A stretch of DNA of 64,000 bases from Adineta vaga (GCA_021613535.1 CP075494.1:16866520-16930519); one strand, 5' to 3'. Positions 1 through 12,779 are shown, counted from the stretch's first letter. The notes: generated by a model not told the origin, from the letters alone. Numbers and translations: made by a program.

Positions 1-2
1 TT

Positions 3-250
3 TTATTCCCTCGACTGTTAGGAGGGTCATATGAAAAAAAATTGTTTGTTTGTTTGTTTGTAGGTTTGTGTCAAGGTCAAGGTCAAGGGTCAACAAAAAA
101 AAATTAGTGATAGGACGCCTCAAATCGTGGGTGTGTATAGAGCTGGGTATTGTATGAAACCGTGGGTGATGGTATTGAGCTCGGTGGTCAGTGAAATCAT
201 GGGCGTGGGTGTTGGGTGAAATCATGGGTGGGGGTGTGAGACCACCCAAG
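3..250 (+). mobile_element. 5' end of non-autonomous Helentron (HINE/DINE-1-like), family A
   Basis: TTATTCCCTCGACTG-TTAG-GAGGGTCATATG palindromic sub-terminal repeat, then A-run, (TTTG)n microsatellite and GGTCAA repeats. The same motif occurs at 11474, 29511(-), 30076, 30314 and 54185(-). Confidence 0.75.
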
Positions 251-320
251 CAGACAAGCAACGAAAAATAACGCGTTTTAATGCGTAACAGCCGCACATT
301 TTCACGATTTTATTTTCGTT

Positions 321-499
321 AGAATTTCAACGCGTCAAAGCACGTTTTTTTCGTGGAAAAAGTGACTATTTTCAAGGGATAATAGCGATAATATAAAAAC
401 CCGGGTGTCTTATACGTGTTCTCTATTATTCTTAGCAATCATGTCTTGAAAAAGACACTTTTTCTACGAAAAATACGTGCTTTAACGCGTTGAAATTCT
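321..499. repeat. Imperfect inverted repeat (MITE/foldback remnant)
   Basis: AGAATTTCAACGCGTCAAAGCACG..GAAAAAGTG (321-365) vs CACTTTTTC..CGTGCTTTAACGCGTTGAAATTCT (456-499). Confidence 0.65.
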
Positions 500-1593
500 T
501 TCAAGAAATGTTAATTAAATTATGTAATTTAAAATATTTGTCATTAATCTTCATGTATATTGATGATGAATATGATTTTCTCGATGGTCATAAATGGGAA
601 ATATTTCTTCGACAAACACAAATAAAAAAATTTGATTTTAAATTCATATGTTATAATGAATTAATATATAATCAAAATAATTCGATATTACTTCGTTCAT
701 ATCGTTCTTCATTTTGGCTTAAAGCAAAACGATGCTATGTAGCATGTCATCGGTTATTATCAAGAAATAGTAAACAAACATGGATTTATAGTATACCAAG
801 ATTTTTTCCTTGTTTTACCTTTAATAATAATCGATTTTCATCAACAGCACCAGTTGATTTTGAAGAAAATTATTTCCATTTACAATATATTAAAACATCA
901 TCATTAAAAATCCATTCATCAATACTTCCTTCTATTCATCGTTTTATTAATGTTAAATATCTTACTTTAAATGGATTAACATTACCATCAATGAATATAC
1001 TTATGTCATATGTAAATCTGTATTCTATCGAAGAACTTGATTTATCAGAAATAAAAAATATTTCAATTGGTGAAATTCATTTATTAATTGAACATATTCC
1101 TAAATTAAAACATTTAATCATTAACAAATTTATTCCATTATTTCTTCCACCATTATATATGGATTCATTAACAATTCATAAATGGAATTATCATACTGAT
1201 ATTAATCAATTTTGTTTAAGATTTTCACATATAAAATCTTTAGAAATTGATGTTTCATCAGTTGAAATGATGATTATATTAATAAAACGTTTAAAATATC
1301 TTGAACATATTGTATTTAAATATAATATTGATAGATATTTACCATTTCTTTCTATTAGATGGTTAAAACGAATATTCTGTCGACTTCGACGAGACAAATT
1401 TACATATCGAACAACTGATTATTCTCTTCATTTATCAATTAAGAAGAAACAAAACATGAACAAAAAACATTTCTTTTTCATGAAACTTTTGAAATTAATA
1501 TATTCATTTATTGAAAAAAGTAGAAAAATCAGGAAAATGATGTTCTTTTTTTGTCTTAGAAATATGATTATGAGACTTATAATAGATCGATAA
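500..1593 (+). CDS. 3' part of an F-box/LRR-like protein of the type expanded in bdelloids; 5' end interrupted or outside the window
   Basis: Long ORF with LxxLxL repeats (LCNLKYLSL, IPKLKHLII, LKYLEHI) and DGHKWEIFL...KKFDFKF...RSSFWL segments. The ORF-finder start (TTG 490) lies inside the inverted repeat. Confidence 0.5.
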
Positions 1594-1622
1594 TTCATCT
1601 TTAGTAAAAATTGTATTGAACT

Positions 1623-3713
1623 CTATTCTTCGTGATCTATTCCATAATTAGTTTGATAGATAGACAGACTATCATTGAAATAATGAACAGCTTGCAATGG
1701 ATTATTTAAACATTGATAGTATATGTCAACATTATTCAAGTTTTTCGCAATATGTATATGATCAGATGACAATATTTGACGATTGATGGCAAGTGTTTTG
1801 AGTTCACATCGCGACGCATCATCGAACATGTCGTATTTATAATATAAACAACTCAATGATGTGAGATATTTACTTATTTCTTGATGATCAATAGGTATGG
1901 CATGTTCTAGAATGGACACAGCTTGTTCATAATATTTGAGTGTTTCATTTAGATTTGTATCTTCAAAAACATGAGCCATAATGATCAATGTTCGAGCAAT
2001 ACAAGGATGATCATCACCTAAGACCTTTTTCTGAATATTAAGTTTTTCTTGACAAAACTTCAACGCATTTTCCATCTCATTTTTCTTCTTATAAATATTA
2101 ATAATTACACTCAGATTCATCCATAGACTGTAATGATCTGGTGGACAACAATCTCTTACGAGGTCTAGTGGTCGACGGTAACACTCAAGTGCAAGATCAA
2201 ATTCATTTTGCTTCTCGTAAACGTTTCCAATATAACCTAAACATTGGCAAATCCGTCGATGATTAACAGATCGAACACATGTAAACATGTTAAGCGCACG
2301 AAATAGATGATGCAGAGCATTACTAAAATCACCAATTTCGGTGTAGACTCGACCGATATTTTGTATCGTTTCAGCTTTATTTTTATGATTACCTGGATAA
2401 TTTTTTTCGTCAATTTTCAATACTTGCTGACAATAGTTCAGGGCTTGCTTAAAATCTCCTTGACATCTGTACATTCCAGCAATATTATAGAGTGAAGCAG
2501 CAATGTCAGGGTGGTTGGGTGGTAGACGCTTTTGACGAATCTCATAGGCTAATTGGAAATACTCAAATGCCAACTCCAACTCCTGTCTTCTGCGATATAC
2601 ATGTGCCATATTGTTATAAACAGATGCAATGTCTGCATGATCAGATGTCATTGATTTGAGTAATATTTCGAAATATTTCATCGCTTGATCTATTCGACCT
2701 AGTTTGAAAAGCACAATACGACCAAAATAGATGAGCGGTGAGTGTTCATCTAACTCTTATTTTACTATCATGAAATATTCTTGAACTATTTCTGATCTTG
2801 CATCGGTAGCAGTTAATTCTACGATCGTTATTTTACGCATTGAATTATAGGTAATACATCCAATTTTAAAGGTACTGTTAAGATGGAAGAGTACTTCGTT
2901 TTCGTCTTTTATATGAGCCTTATTTTTAATATCAGCAAATACTATCGTTGTCAATGAGGGATCTGCTGTAATTTGAAATAAAACTGCTTGAACATCATCT
3001 AATGGAAGACTTTGCCCAGCGAACGTAATTGATACATCAGTATCACGAGAAGTAGATAAAAATCCATTCATGGAAATGATCTCACCTTCGTTTTGTTTCA
3101 GTTTTTCAAGTTCTTTACGTGGAATTTGTGCTCCACGATATAAAGTAAGAAGAGAATCATCTTTCCAGTAGTGACTTTCTTTTTCGAGTGCAGCACATAG
3201 ATCAATAATAAAAAACCAAAATAAATACAGAAATTCTATATTTTCGGTGCGAAGTGCCTTGTTCAATAGTTTATATACAAAACATTTCCTTGTATACCAG
3301 TCTATTACTTTATCACTTGAATAATCATTTCGAAATCTCTCGACATTATGCAATCCTACATTATTAGTTCGACAATACTCATAGCATACCTTCATCATAT
3401 CATCTTTAGCTTGTTCATCGTGCGGCATTTGTTTGAGTACATAAATCAACATTTGATACCAGAGAAATGATGCTGATTCTGTGGATAAATTTCGTCCGAG
3501 CGTTTGCTTTTGATCTAAAAGACAAAAGGATAGCAATTGCCGTTCTAGTAAAATTGATTGAATGTAAGAATAATCTAGTGAATTATCAACATCTTCATCG
3601 AGCCAGATCAGTTCGGCACCTTCTCTATTCTGAATCACTTCATGAGAAAGAACATTCTGCAGTCCTCCATCCAGAGAAATAATGGCAGCCATCATATAAT
3701 TAGTTTTCTTCAT
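1623..3713 (-). pseudogene. ADP-ribosyltransferase (R-S-E class)-TPR protein with one in-frame stop at 2757-2759
   Basis: ORF 3713-2757 has ART motifs LYRG...GFLSTS...ENEVLF and YKLLNKALR. After the TAA the same frame continues ELDEHSPLIYFGRIVLFKLG into many 42-aa TPR repeats (HPDIAASLYNIA, HPCIARTL). Confidence 0.8.
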
Positions 3714-4842
3714 CTACGTATCAGCACTCTGAACATAGCATATAAATATCACGTTGTATTAACCTTTTTTTTTCAAAAGAACTATAGATTGATATCCCAC
3801 TGCTCCTATTTTTCTTCAAACGTTCTCTTTCAGACAACTTTTCGTCTTTTTTTTTAGCAAAAAACTATATATAGGGCGGAAGAAAGTGAAAGAACGAGAA
3901 GAAAAGAGACAAACTTAAATTTTTTCTACGCCATGCGATACTCAGAAAAAAATGGTGCTTATCAAAACTTTTCTGGAGAGGGCGAGGATGGATGAAGACG
4001 AACAATATATACTAGCACTCACACCATCGATTTGTATGATGAATTTTTCATTATTAAAGTGTATGTTAAAACAATTGTCTCTATACTAAAAAGATACAAC
4101 AGCCTATGACCAGAAATACATATCACAAAAAACAAAAATTAATTCTCAACATTCATCTGATGTGCAAGATCAATTTCAAGTCATCATGTAAATAATTTTA
4201 GATTTGAGATGTCTTATGAACAATTATCTGGCAGTGCTTACTGTATTCGTCATCATTAGTAATCACTTTTACTTTTCTTTTTTTACAAGTATTCACCAGT
4301 TACTATTGCACAAAACTCTTTTATTCTGAAGGGAATTTTTTCTTTATATAAAGATGAACCGAGGGTCAACGATTATTTGTATATTCACAGGGTATGCAGT
4401 TTACTATATAATTTTCACGCGGTCATGTGAAATGATGCATCTCTCTCTCTCTCTCTCATTTTGTTTCTTTGTTGTTCTTCGTCTTTTATCGATTAAATAG
4501 AAAGAACAAGTGAAAAAGATATGCGTTGTTTCTCTTGACAGTCGTTGATCAGATGTGCAAGCAAGCGAAAAAAAGAAGCGTAAGTCATAGCTGTTAGATA
4601 CTTTGTTTTTTTCATTTTCAGATGAATCGACAAAACCACGAAATCTCGAAAGTATCTAATGACTATGTTAATAGCTGAGAAGATATTTGCAAATCATATT
4701 ATAAAAACGATTGTATATGTGATTCTAAGTTTCGATTATGAATAATAATTTCAGATTCCTAATTCATTATGGCTAAATATCGAAATCAATTACCTCAATT
4801 ATCTGGTAATTTCTTTATTACAAATGGTGGTTTAGAGACTAC

Positions 4843-7800
4843 CAGAGCTCCGCGGGACGACCAAAAAGTCGTCCCGTCCCGCCCCGTGTCCCGCCTCTTT
4901 TCGTCCCGTCCCGTCCTGTCCCGCGTTAGTTTCGATCGAGAGTCCCGTCCCGTCCCGTATTTCGAGCTCTTCTGTCCCGTCCCGTTCGTCCCGTCCCGCA
5001 TCATGTTTTACTTTTTCAATCTAAATAATTTATTTTACCTCTTAAATATATTTAACTAACATTAATATTACAAAAAATACTTTTTATCACAAAAAATTGA
5101 ATGTTCAGCAAGAAGAATCTTTTTCTATGAAAAAAGAATAAGTTTGAATACTGCTCATCTAGTAACTGATCTAAGAAAAAGTATGTTGTTGAGATTTTCT
5201 GGATTGATTGAAGCACGACGTTCACTCATAACGAGCCCACCTCCACTAAATTCACGTTCAACTGATGATGTTGTAGCGGGAATACAATGAATCATTCGCG
5301 CCAGTTTCGATAATAATGGCAGATTGTTTTGGTTTTCCTTCCAGAATATTAAAGGATTGTCAACGAGCAGCTCAGGATTAATATGCATTGATAAGTATTT
5401 GTCGACTTCATCATCATCTAGTTCATCATATTCGTCACTGAGATTACCGACTTCATATTCTTGACCAAATCGTTTTTTCTTCTTGAGAGGTGGTTCACCT
5501 TGAGCATTCGTTTGAAATAATTGTTGTTTTCCTCGATTATGTAACAAACGTTTTACTTTTTCTCGTTCAGCTATTTCTTTCAATTGTCGTCGTACATAAA
5601 TCTTGCAAGAATCAATTTCTTCATTGGAACATTTGCGAAGATATCTGTATCTAGGATGAAGAAATGTTGCTGCAAAATGAATGGGTTCTAAGACAAACAT
5701 ATCTTTTAGTAATTCAAGTAGACGAAGTCGAAAAAATCGAATTCCTGAAAGCAAAAAATAGTCTTGCTTGAATTATTTTACAAGTGTTCACCTGATATAT
5801 TCTATCAGATAGAACTATTAAACTCACCATCCGACTCCTCCGATTCGATATCATATTGATCGTCATCACTTTCTTTTCTTTTCGATGACATATTATCAGA
5901 ATCATCATTTTCTTTATTGAAATTGATCAAATATTCGAATGAACTTAATGCTTTACGTAAAGTCATGACACAGATAAGAACTAAATACAACGATGGTTGA
6001 TTTCCTTTTTGTATAATGGTTAGGATATGCTTGAATGGACGTAATAAATATATAAGACGTTTGATAATCAATCGATCAATTAAAAATGATTTCTTCTTCT
6101 CCTGCAAAACCTTTTTTGTTTCTTTAAAAGAACGATCAATTGATTCCAACAATTGCATTATCGAAAGCCAACGAACTTTGCTTGATTGATGTAAACTAAA
6201 ACCACCTTCAGATTGAATATCTTTGTTCAATCCATTCTAGAATATGGAAAAAAAAGTAAATATTTGTTCATTCGTTAACTCACCAATTTGACATATTTCA
6301 CAATATCTTTGCAATTGTTGAGCACTTTCAAGACTTCTCGAGCACAATTAGGCAGATCTTTAACTTTTGTCTTTGACATATTAACGAAAACAATTTCATC
6401 AATATCACCATCCAAAATACTGCTATTGAATAGATCTTCTGAATTTACCACATTTTCACCTGTTGAATCAGAAGAAACACCTGTTTGATTTTTGATTGAC
6501 TCATTCTGGTAGAAACACAACACCAGAATATTGTTCAGTCGGTGAGCAAAGCAGAAATATGAAGAATAATTCTTCATTGCCTTTACGAAGTTAGAACCAC
6601 GATCTGTCACAAATTTAAGAATAGATAAATCAGTAATGTTGAACTTTCCCAATGCTTTATGTAATGCCTAAAAAATACAAGCAATTATAGTGAGAAGAGA
6701 AAAAGATCCTCACCTCAATGACACTTTCAGCAGTTTTATCATCTTCTTCAAATGGAGAGCAACAAAGATCATACGATCGATACTCAAATTGATCATTAAC
6801 AAATGCGGCAGCAATTCCAAGATAAGAAACTTGATGAACAGGATCGCTCCATAAATCGGGACAAAATGTAACAGCCTCGCTCTCAAGAGGTTCAATTAAT
6901 TCTTCACTAATACGAACACGATGTTGATCAGCGAGTTTGGATACATGTGCAGCGGTTGTATCAGCACCTCTCAACACTTCATCCACATCAATACAACCAC
7001 GACGAGCACCTTAATGAAGAGATAAAACAGATATTATTAGAGTTTTATGATCAGCTAATTACCAATTGAAATACATTCCTGGATCAATCGCCGAAGTCCT
7101 TTATCTTCAACTACTGAAAATGGACGAATACTTTGACAAACCCATTCTGCTTGTAAATCCTTTATCTTCATAATTTCAGGTGCTTTTAAAACCGGTGATT
7201 GTCCTGCATAAAACGTAGTTAAACGTCGCTGTGTCGAAGGTGTTCCATTTGCTGCTAATCTTTTATTTCGTTCTTTTGAAGCTTCACAATCATGTCCATT
7301 GAGTAATCTCGTACTGTTTGATATGAATGAATATGTGCAAAAACACTTCCGGCACGAAACAAATCCATTAATTCGTTCAGCATCACCATTACTATTGATA
7401 ACTGCGGGAAATCCAAACAAAGTCCAACAATCAGATGTGCGCTTGCCTGTATTTTCAATAATAATATATTCATTAGATCTTGTTTTGAGCATCGATTGAA
7501 TTTCACCACATCTGGCTTTATCCACATTTCGAGGAGAAGAAGGTGATGAACTGACTAAAGTGATCTGCGAACCACGATGTGCTGCATTTCCAACACGTGA
7601 GATAGAAACTGGTGACAAAAGTTCTGGTGACGACATGAAATCGATATTTAATTAATAATAAGTATTAATTGCTGAAAATTTATTAAATAAATCAGTGATA
7701 CAAAAAGAAAAGTGTAGTTGAACAAAGAGAAAGAAAAAGAATGATTTACTGTATATTCAATAATCTGAGGATGATTAACCAGATTCGTTCTATAAGCTAA

Positions 7801-7907
7801 CTATCCATTCGTGTATGTTCAAGTTGTAGATGTCGCGGGACACCAGAAAAAGTTATCGTGTCCCGTCCCGTCCCGTCCAGCGGCCAGTCATGTCCCGCGG
7901 AGCTCTG
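4843..7907 (-). mobile_element. Autonomous hAT DNA transposon, 3065 bp
   Basis: Perfect 16-bp TIRs CAGAGCTCCGCGGGAC (4843-4858, 7892-7907), perfect 8-bp TSD GAGACTAC (4835-4842, 7908-7915), sub-terminal (GTCCC)n arrays at both ends. Confidence 0.97.
5155..7636 (-). CDS. hAT transposase, 5 exons (7636-7063, 7009-6714, 6667-6284, 6236-5828, 5744-5155), ~750 aa
   Basis: GT-AG introns join the ORF pieces into one uninterrupted 2253-nt frame. It has a BED-like Zn finger (CRKC...H.C), DLWSD, VTDRGSN, CFAH, RW, and the hATC dimerisation motif PATTSSVEREFS. Confidence 0.9.
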
Positions 7908-9813
7908 GAGACTACTTTAATTTATCATGAAAAACGTGAACTTCCATGTTTTGCTACATTCACCATTTTGAAAGATGAATCTGGATGTGATTGGTTAAAA
8001 AATTATTTCAGTAAGTATGCTAATCTTGCTCGAAAATATAATGTTGGACTTATTTTGGAAAATGCAACATGGCGTGTTAGTCCTGATTGGTTAGAAAAAC
8101 TTGGTTATGCGAAAGATGATTTAGAAAATATTAATCAAAAATCAATTGAGTTACTTGATGATATTCGAGAGAAATATGAAACAGAAAAATGTCCAATCAT
8201 TTTTAATGCATCTGTTGGTCCACGTGCAGATGGTTACAAAACTGACGTGCGTATGTCATCGGAAGAAGCACAAACTTATCATGCGACACAAATCGGAATT
8301 TTGAGTAAAACAAAGACAGATATGATTACTGGAACAACATTGAATTATCCAGAAGAAGCGATTGGAATGGCACGAGCTGCAAAACAACTTGGAATGCCTA
8401 TTGTTATTTCATTTACACTTGAAGAAGATGGAAAATTAGTAACAGGACAAACGTTACAAGAAGCAATTCAACTTGTCGATAAAGCTACTAACAATACACC
8501 TCTTTATTATGTAATAAACTGTGCATATCCAAGTAATTTTGCTCATATTTTTCGTCCCGAAGACAAGTGGAGTGAAAGAATTCATGGAATTAAAGGTAAT
8601 GCTTCGAAAAAAGTCATGCTGAACTCGATGAGAGTACAGTGCTTGATGATGGTAATCCAATAGAATTTGGTACGGATAATTTAGCACTCTTATATAAATT
8701 AAAGAATTTAAACATATTCGGTGGATGTTGTGGAACAGATTATCGTCATATTGAAGAAATTTGCAAGACATGTATTCCTGTTTTCAATCATCTTAAAATG
8801 CAATCGAAATCATCAATAAAAACTGATTAATATATATTAGACTGTTCACAATATAAAACTTGATTACTTTTTCTTTTTTTTTCTTACACTGATATTACTT
8901 TCCTATCTGTAATTCTGTAATACACAATACCCCCACACTTTCTTCTGGTCAGCTTGGCCTTAGAAAATATACTACATAATACTTCGATGTTATGAAATAT
9001 TTCGATTTATTTCAATGATAATGAAGATGGGCAATCGATGAATGTTATTGATGTTTAATCTATAGTAAGAATTCAAAATAAAACAATTTATCCAGCCTGC
9101 AATTTCAGACTATCATCACATGATACAGAGTTTTAAAATTTTGAAAAAAAAACAAAGAATTTTTCATGTGCAAAGGAAAAGAAACAGAAGGTAGAATAAA
9201 GGAATGATTATAAGATAAAGTAACTCAGAAAGAATCGTGTTATCATTTCATTTATAGTTATACACACCCTCGCACGCTCACCCTCTATAACATTTATTTT
9301 TACATTAAATAATTTAGGTACTGCTCTCAGTTCATCTGCTGTTCTTTATGCTGCTAATTGGTTTCCACAAAAGTATGCTTATGTTATTACAGTAGAAGCA
9401 TCTAATCTTCTCGAGATTTTGTGGTTTATTCTTTCCTAGCGAAATTTAAAACACTTGAAAAATTTGCCGATTTGCAAGTGGTATCTAACAGAAGAAGTAA
9501 ACACAACAATATCAGAACAATCTAATCAAAATGAACATGAACTATCATTCCTTCCAAATAAGAATTAATGAATGATCAGCACTACATATAGAAACTAAGA
9601 ATACCTGAAAAAAACATTTTTCTTTGATAAACTGTCATGAAATTGGTCGTCTAGTATCACCTTCGATCAGTGTGTTTCAACGACCGTCAGAAAACAATAG
9701 TTCATGGTTTGACGATGTTTATTAAAATTGACTTAGTAACTGTATCACGTTCATCTCATGTATAAATAAACTACAGGCACATATATTATACTTTTTCTTT
9801 TCTAATATTTTCT

Positions 9814-9919
9814 GTTCTTTCTATAGTTGATAGTGAATGGGAAGAAGATGACAACACATTAGTCACCTCAATCAGCTATCGTCGTCGCTTGTCGATCCAC
9901 TATCAACTATAGAAAGAAC
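9814..9919. repeat. Small inverted-repeat element (22-bp perfect arms)
   Basis: GTTCTTTCTATAGTTGATAGTG (9814-9835) and its exact reverse complement (9898-9919). Confidence 0.75.
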
Positions 9920-10365
9920 GAGATAAAACGATTATTAATGTCCTTCCTCATCTTCAAGAAAACACAAAAGTCGACCTAATTACCGTTGTATGTTAAAAAG
10001 AATCTTTCATATAACCTGGTGGCAACATCAATTTATGAGTTTTTTATCGTTTCAATTTTATTCTATTCCCGCAATATTTTCTTTTGATAAAAACCGTGCA
10101 GATACAGCATTCATTTCATTTTCAATTACAAGCATCTATAAATATCTAGCAGACAAAAGATTGGGAAAATGAATTTAATCACTCAGCCGAGAAGCGTAAT
10201 TGTGAGCTATGTATGATACTTTTTATGTAAAAGAATATTTTTAATCTTTTCACCATTTTGACGGTCTATAATAAGAGATAATTTCCTATAAAACTCTTTT
10301 CTTTTTTTGCTATTCATTTAAAGATATTTGTGACCAACACAATTAGATCTTTCTCATATATATTA

Positions 10366-11277
10366 ATGGAGAACATTACAAAAGTAGATACTGAAATATG
10401 GTATATTCCTTTAAATATTATTCTTATTATTTCTTTGACTATTTCTATTCTATGTTGTCTAATCTTTATAATTATAATCATACTTGACAAAACATGTCAT
10501 ACAAATTTTATGATGTTAACAGTAAATTTATGTTTGGGTATAATAATATTTTCATGTGGTATGTTAGGAATAGCTGCATCGGGATTAGAAAATGATATAA
10601 AACAAATTGAATATTATAATTCATATTGTATAGTTCATCCTTATTTGGCATATATTGGAAGTGCTATATTAAATTCTGGGTTTTTCTTGGAAGCACTTTA
10701 TCGATATGTAATTGTTGTTCATCCAGCTCGGTTATTTTGGCAATCAGCAAAATTTCAATTTCTTCTTATTTGTATTTCTTGGATTATTTGTGTCGGATGT
10801 TCTCTTGAATATTTACTTCGTGGTGAAATTATTTATAATATTGATAATCAAGCATGTTTTATACCATTTCAATTATCTTTCTCAATTAATTATATGATAT
10901 TTACTGTTTATATGCTTCCTCTTTTGATGCAAATATTAACATATGTGAAATTATTTCAATATGTACAAAAAATGAGTAAACGTATAATACCTGTAAATAC
11001 TTTATTACGTGCAAAACGAGAATTAAAAATGGTTCGACATATACTTATATTAGTATTCATTTTATTATCATTTGGTATTCCCTATGTAATATTAGTTATT
11101 ATTTCATTTTTTACACATCTTCCAAAATATTATTTTCGACTTGCTTCAATATCTGTAGATGTATCATTAGTGCCATTGGTGATGATGTTATTTCAATATA
11201 CAGAACCAGTTAAAATAGCTGTGTTGAAAAGAATCAGACGAAGACCAAATACAATCTCAATAGTTGGGGTTCAATAA
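10366..11277 (+). CDS. Single-exon rhodopsin-like (class A) GPCR
   Basis: Seven hydrophobic segments, TM3 Cys (SYC), DRY-like ALYRY, ECL2 Cys (NQACF), KRELKMV before TM6 and PY in TM6. First ATG at 10366. Confidence 0.88.
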   Translation: MENITKVDTEIWYIPLNIILIISLTISILCCLIFIIIIILDKTCHTNFMMLTVNLCLGIIIFSCGMLGIAASGLENDIKQIEYYNSYCIVHPYLAYIGSAILNSGFFLEALYRYVIVVHPARLFWQSAKFQFLLICISWIICVGCSLEYLLRGEIIYNIDNQACFIPFQLSFSINYMIFTVYMLPLLMQILTYVKLFQYVQKMSKRIIPVNTLLRAKRELKMVRHILILVFILLSFGIPYVILVIISFFTHLPKYYFRLASISVDVSLVPLVMMLFQYTEPVKIAVLKRIRRRPNTISIVGVQ

Positions 11278-11473
11278 TAAAACAATAGTAACAAAGAAAC
11301 TGTTCAAATATATCAGATGATTCTTAGCTAGGGTGAGGGTGAGGGTGTGTGTGTCTGAAGAAAAGGTATGTAATCCCACAACTACATCCTCGAGCAAAGC
11401 CATGTTCGAAACGAATAAAAATAAATTCAGTTTGAAAAAAAGTTGATTTAATTTGTCGACATGCAATTTATAT

Positions 11474-11653
11474 TTGTTCCCTCGACTGAAAGGAGGGTCA
11501 TATGAAAAAAAATAGTGTGTATGTCTGTTTGTCTGTGGGTGTCAGGGTCAAAGTTCAAAGGTCATAAAATTAGATTTTTTCAGTAATCACAATAAAGCTT
11601 AACCAAAAGGGTAATCGAGGTCAGGGATGACGAATATGATGTTAGTTTTGACT
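11474..11653 (+). mobile_element. Truncated HINE family A (5' end)
   Basis: TTGTTCCCTCGACTGAAAGGAGGGTCATATG plus (TGTY)n; it abuts the 3' end of the large minus-strand Helentron. Confidence 0.75.
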
Positions 11654-11997
11654 AACTAATAACGCTCGTCGAGACAGACTCGCTTAACCCTCGACTGAAT
11701 GACTAACAGTAAACGTTTTCTTTTGCTGAAATCATTCATAATAATTTGAATTCGATTATGATGTACTTGTCATAGTCCTTTTCTAGCTTACAATCTTGAA
11801 AGTCATGTCGTAGGTATTTCAAAAAAATATTCTAATTCAAATTGTAATTGAGAAGGTTTGTCAAAAACTGCCATAATCAACTGCATAACAAAAATTTATT
11901 TTATATTCGACTGTAACAAAGAAAAATGAACAGAAAAAAATCAATATCTATGTAAATATGCACAACATAATCTGACAGTAAAACCATCTTATCTTAA

Positions 11998-12654
11998 CCC
12001 TTGAAAGCCGAAAGGGATTCCCGTGAAGTTGAGGAAGAATTAATTACATAAATAGAGATTCTGACCCATCAATATGAACATACTATGGTCAGAGCTGGTG
12101 GGTGGGAATAAAAAAATTTTCCACCCAGATGACGTGGGTGAAGTATGATCTTCATAAATTTTTACTTGGGTGACTCGGTAATATGGTTCAGGATCGTTGT
12201 AAGTTCATTCTGATGATATTTTAAAACATCTCCAATTATTTTATTAAAAGAAAATTCATAATAACCTTGGTAAGTATGCCTTAAAGTGCCCAAAAAATAG
12301 CACTTTTTCATAATATCAGAAAATTTTATCAAAGGAGCTAAAAACGTGCAACGTTGTTTTTTATTGTAGCTTAGGACTATATCTAATGATATCACTTAAC
12401 ACTCATTTTGTATATACAGAAATAAGACAAAAAATAGGAATATCCGACTAACCGATTGTGTTTAAAAAGCTATACATTTGAAAGCGATATTGAGGTGTTC
12501 AACAACAGTCTTAGTATCTTATTTTTTTCCATTATACTCTTACCTTGACTGTCTTCATTCGATAAAACAGTAGCTTTCATAGATAAGATTGAAACCCTTC
12601 TTTTTATAGCGATTAATACAATGTCCCTTAAAAGGTACATCCGGCTTTTAAGGG
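11998..12654. mobile_element. piggyBac-like MITE
   Basis: TTAA on both sides; termini CCCTTGAAAGCCG / rc CCCTTAAAAGCCG. Confidence 0.7.
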
Positions 12655-12779
12655 TTAAAGAATATTAGAATGTGGAAATTCCATAATATAATGAAAGATA
12701 ATGAAATTTATGGAAAATGTAAATTGTCTATTGTACAAATTGATAAAATCAGTAAGAGCTCTCTTGTTAAACGTATGAT

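Larger units (their letters stand above)
4769..8830 (+). pseudogene. Homocysteine S-methyltransferase (bacterial type, intronless), split by a hAT insertion and with a -1 frameshift at 8607-8612
   Basis: Removing the hAT and one TSD gives MAKYRNQLPQLSGNFFITNGGLETTLIYHE... Other motifs: SVGPRADGY, VINCAYP and the Zn-binding GGCCGT. Adding one A to the A6 run restores NASKKSHAELDESTVLDDGNP. Confidence 0.88.

Noticed and set aside
4795-5059. ORFs rich in RDGTG / PSRPV
   Set aside because: Read through the (GTCCC)n sub-terminal array of the hAT element.
9318-9570. Coding-like fragment (GTALSSSAVLYAANWFPQKYAYVI...)
   Set aside because: Short, interrupted by a stop, and not assignable to a family without a search.
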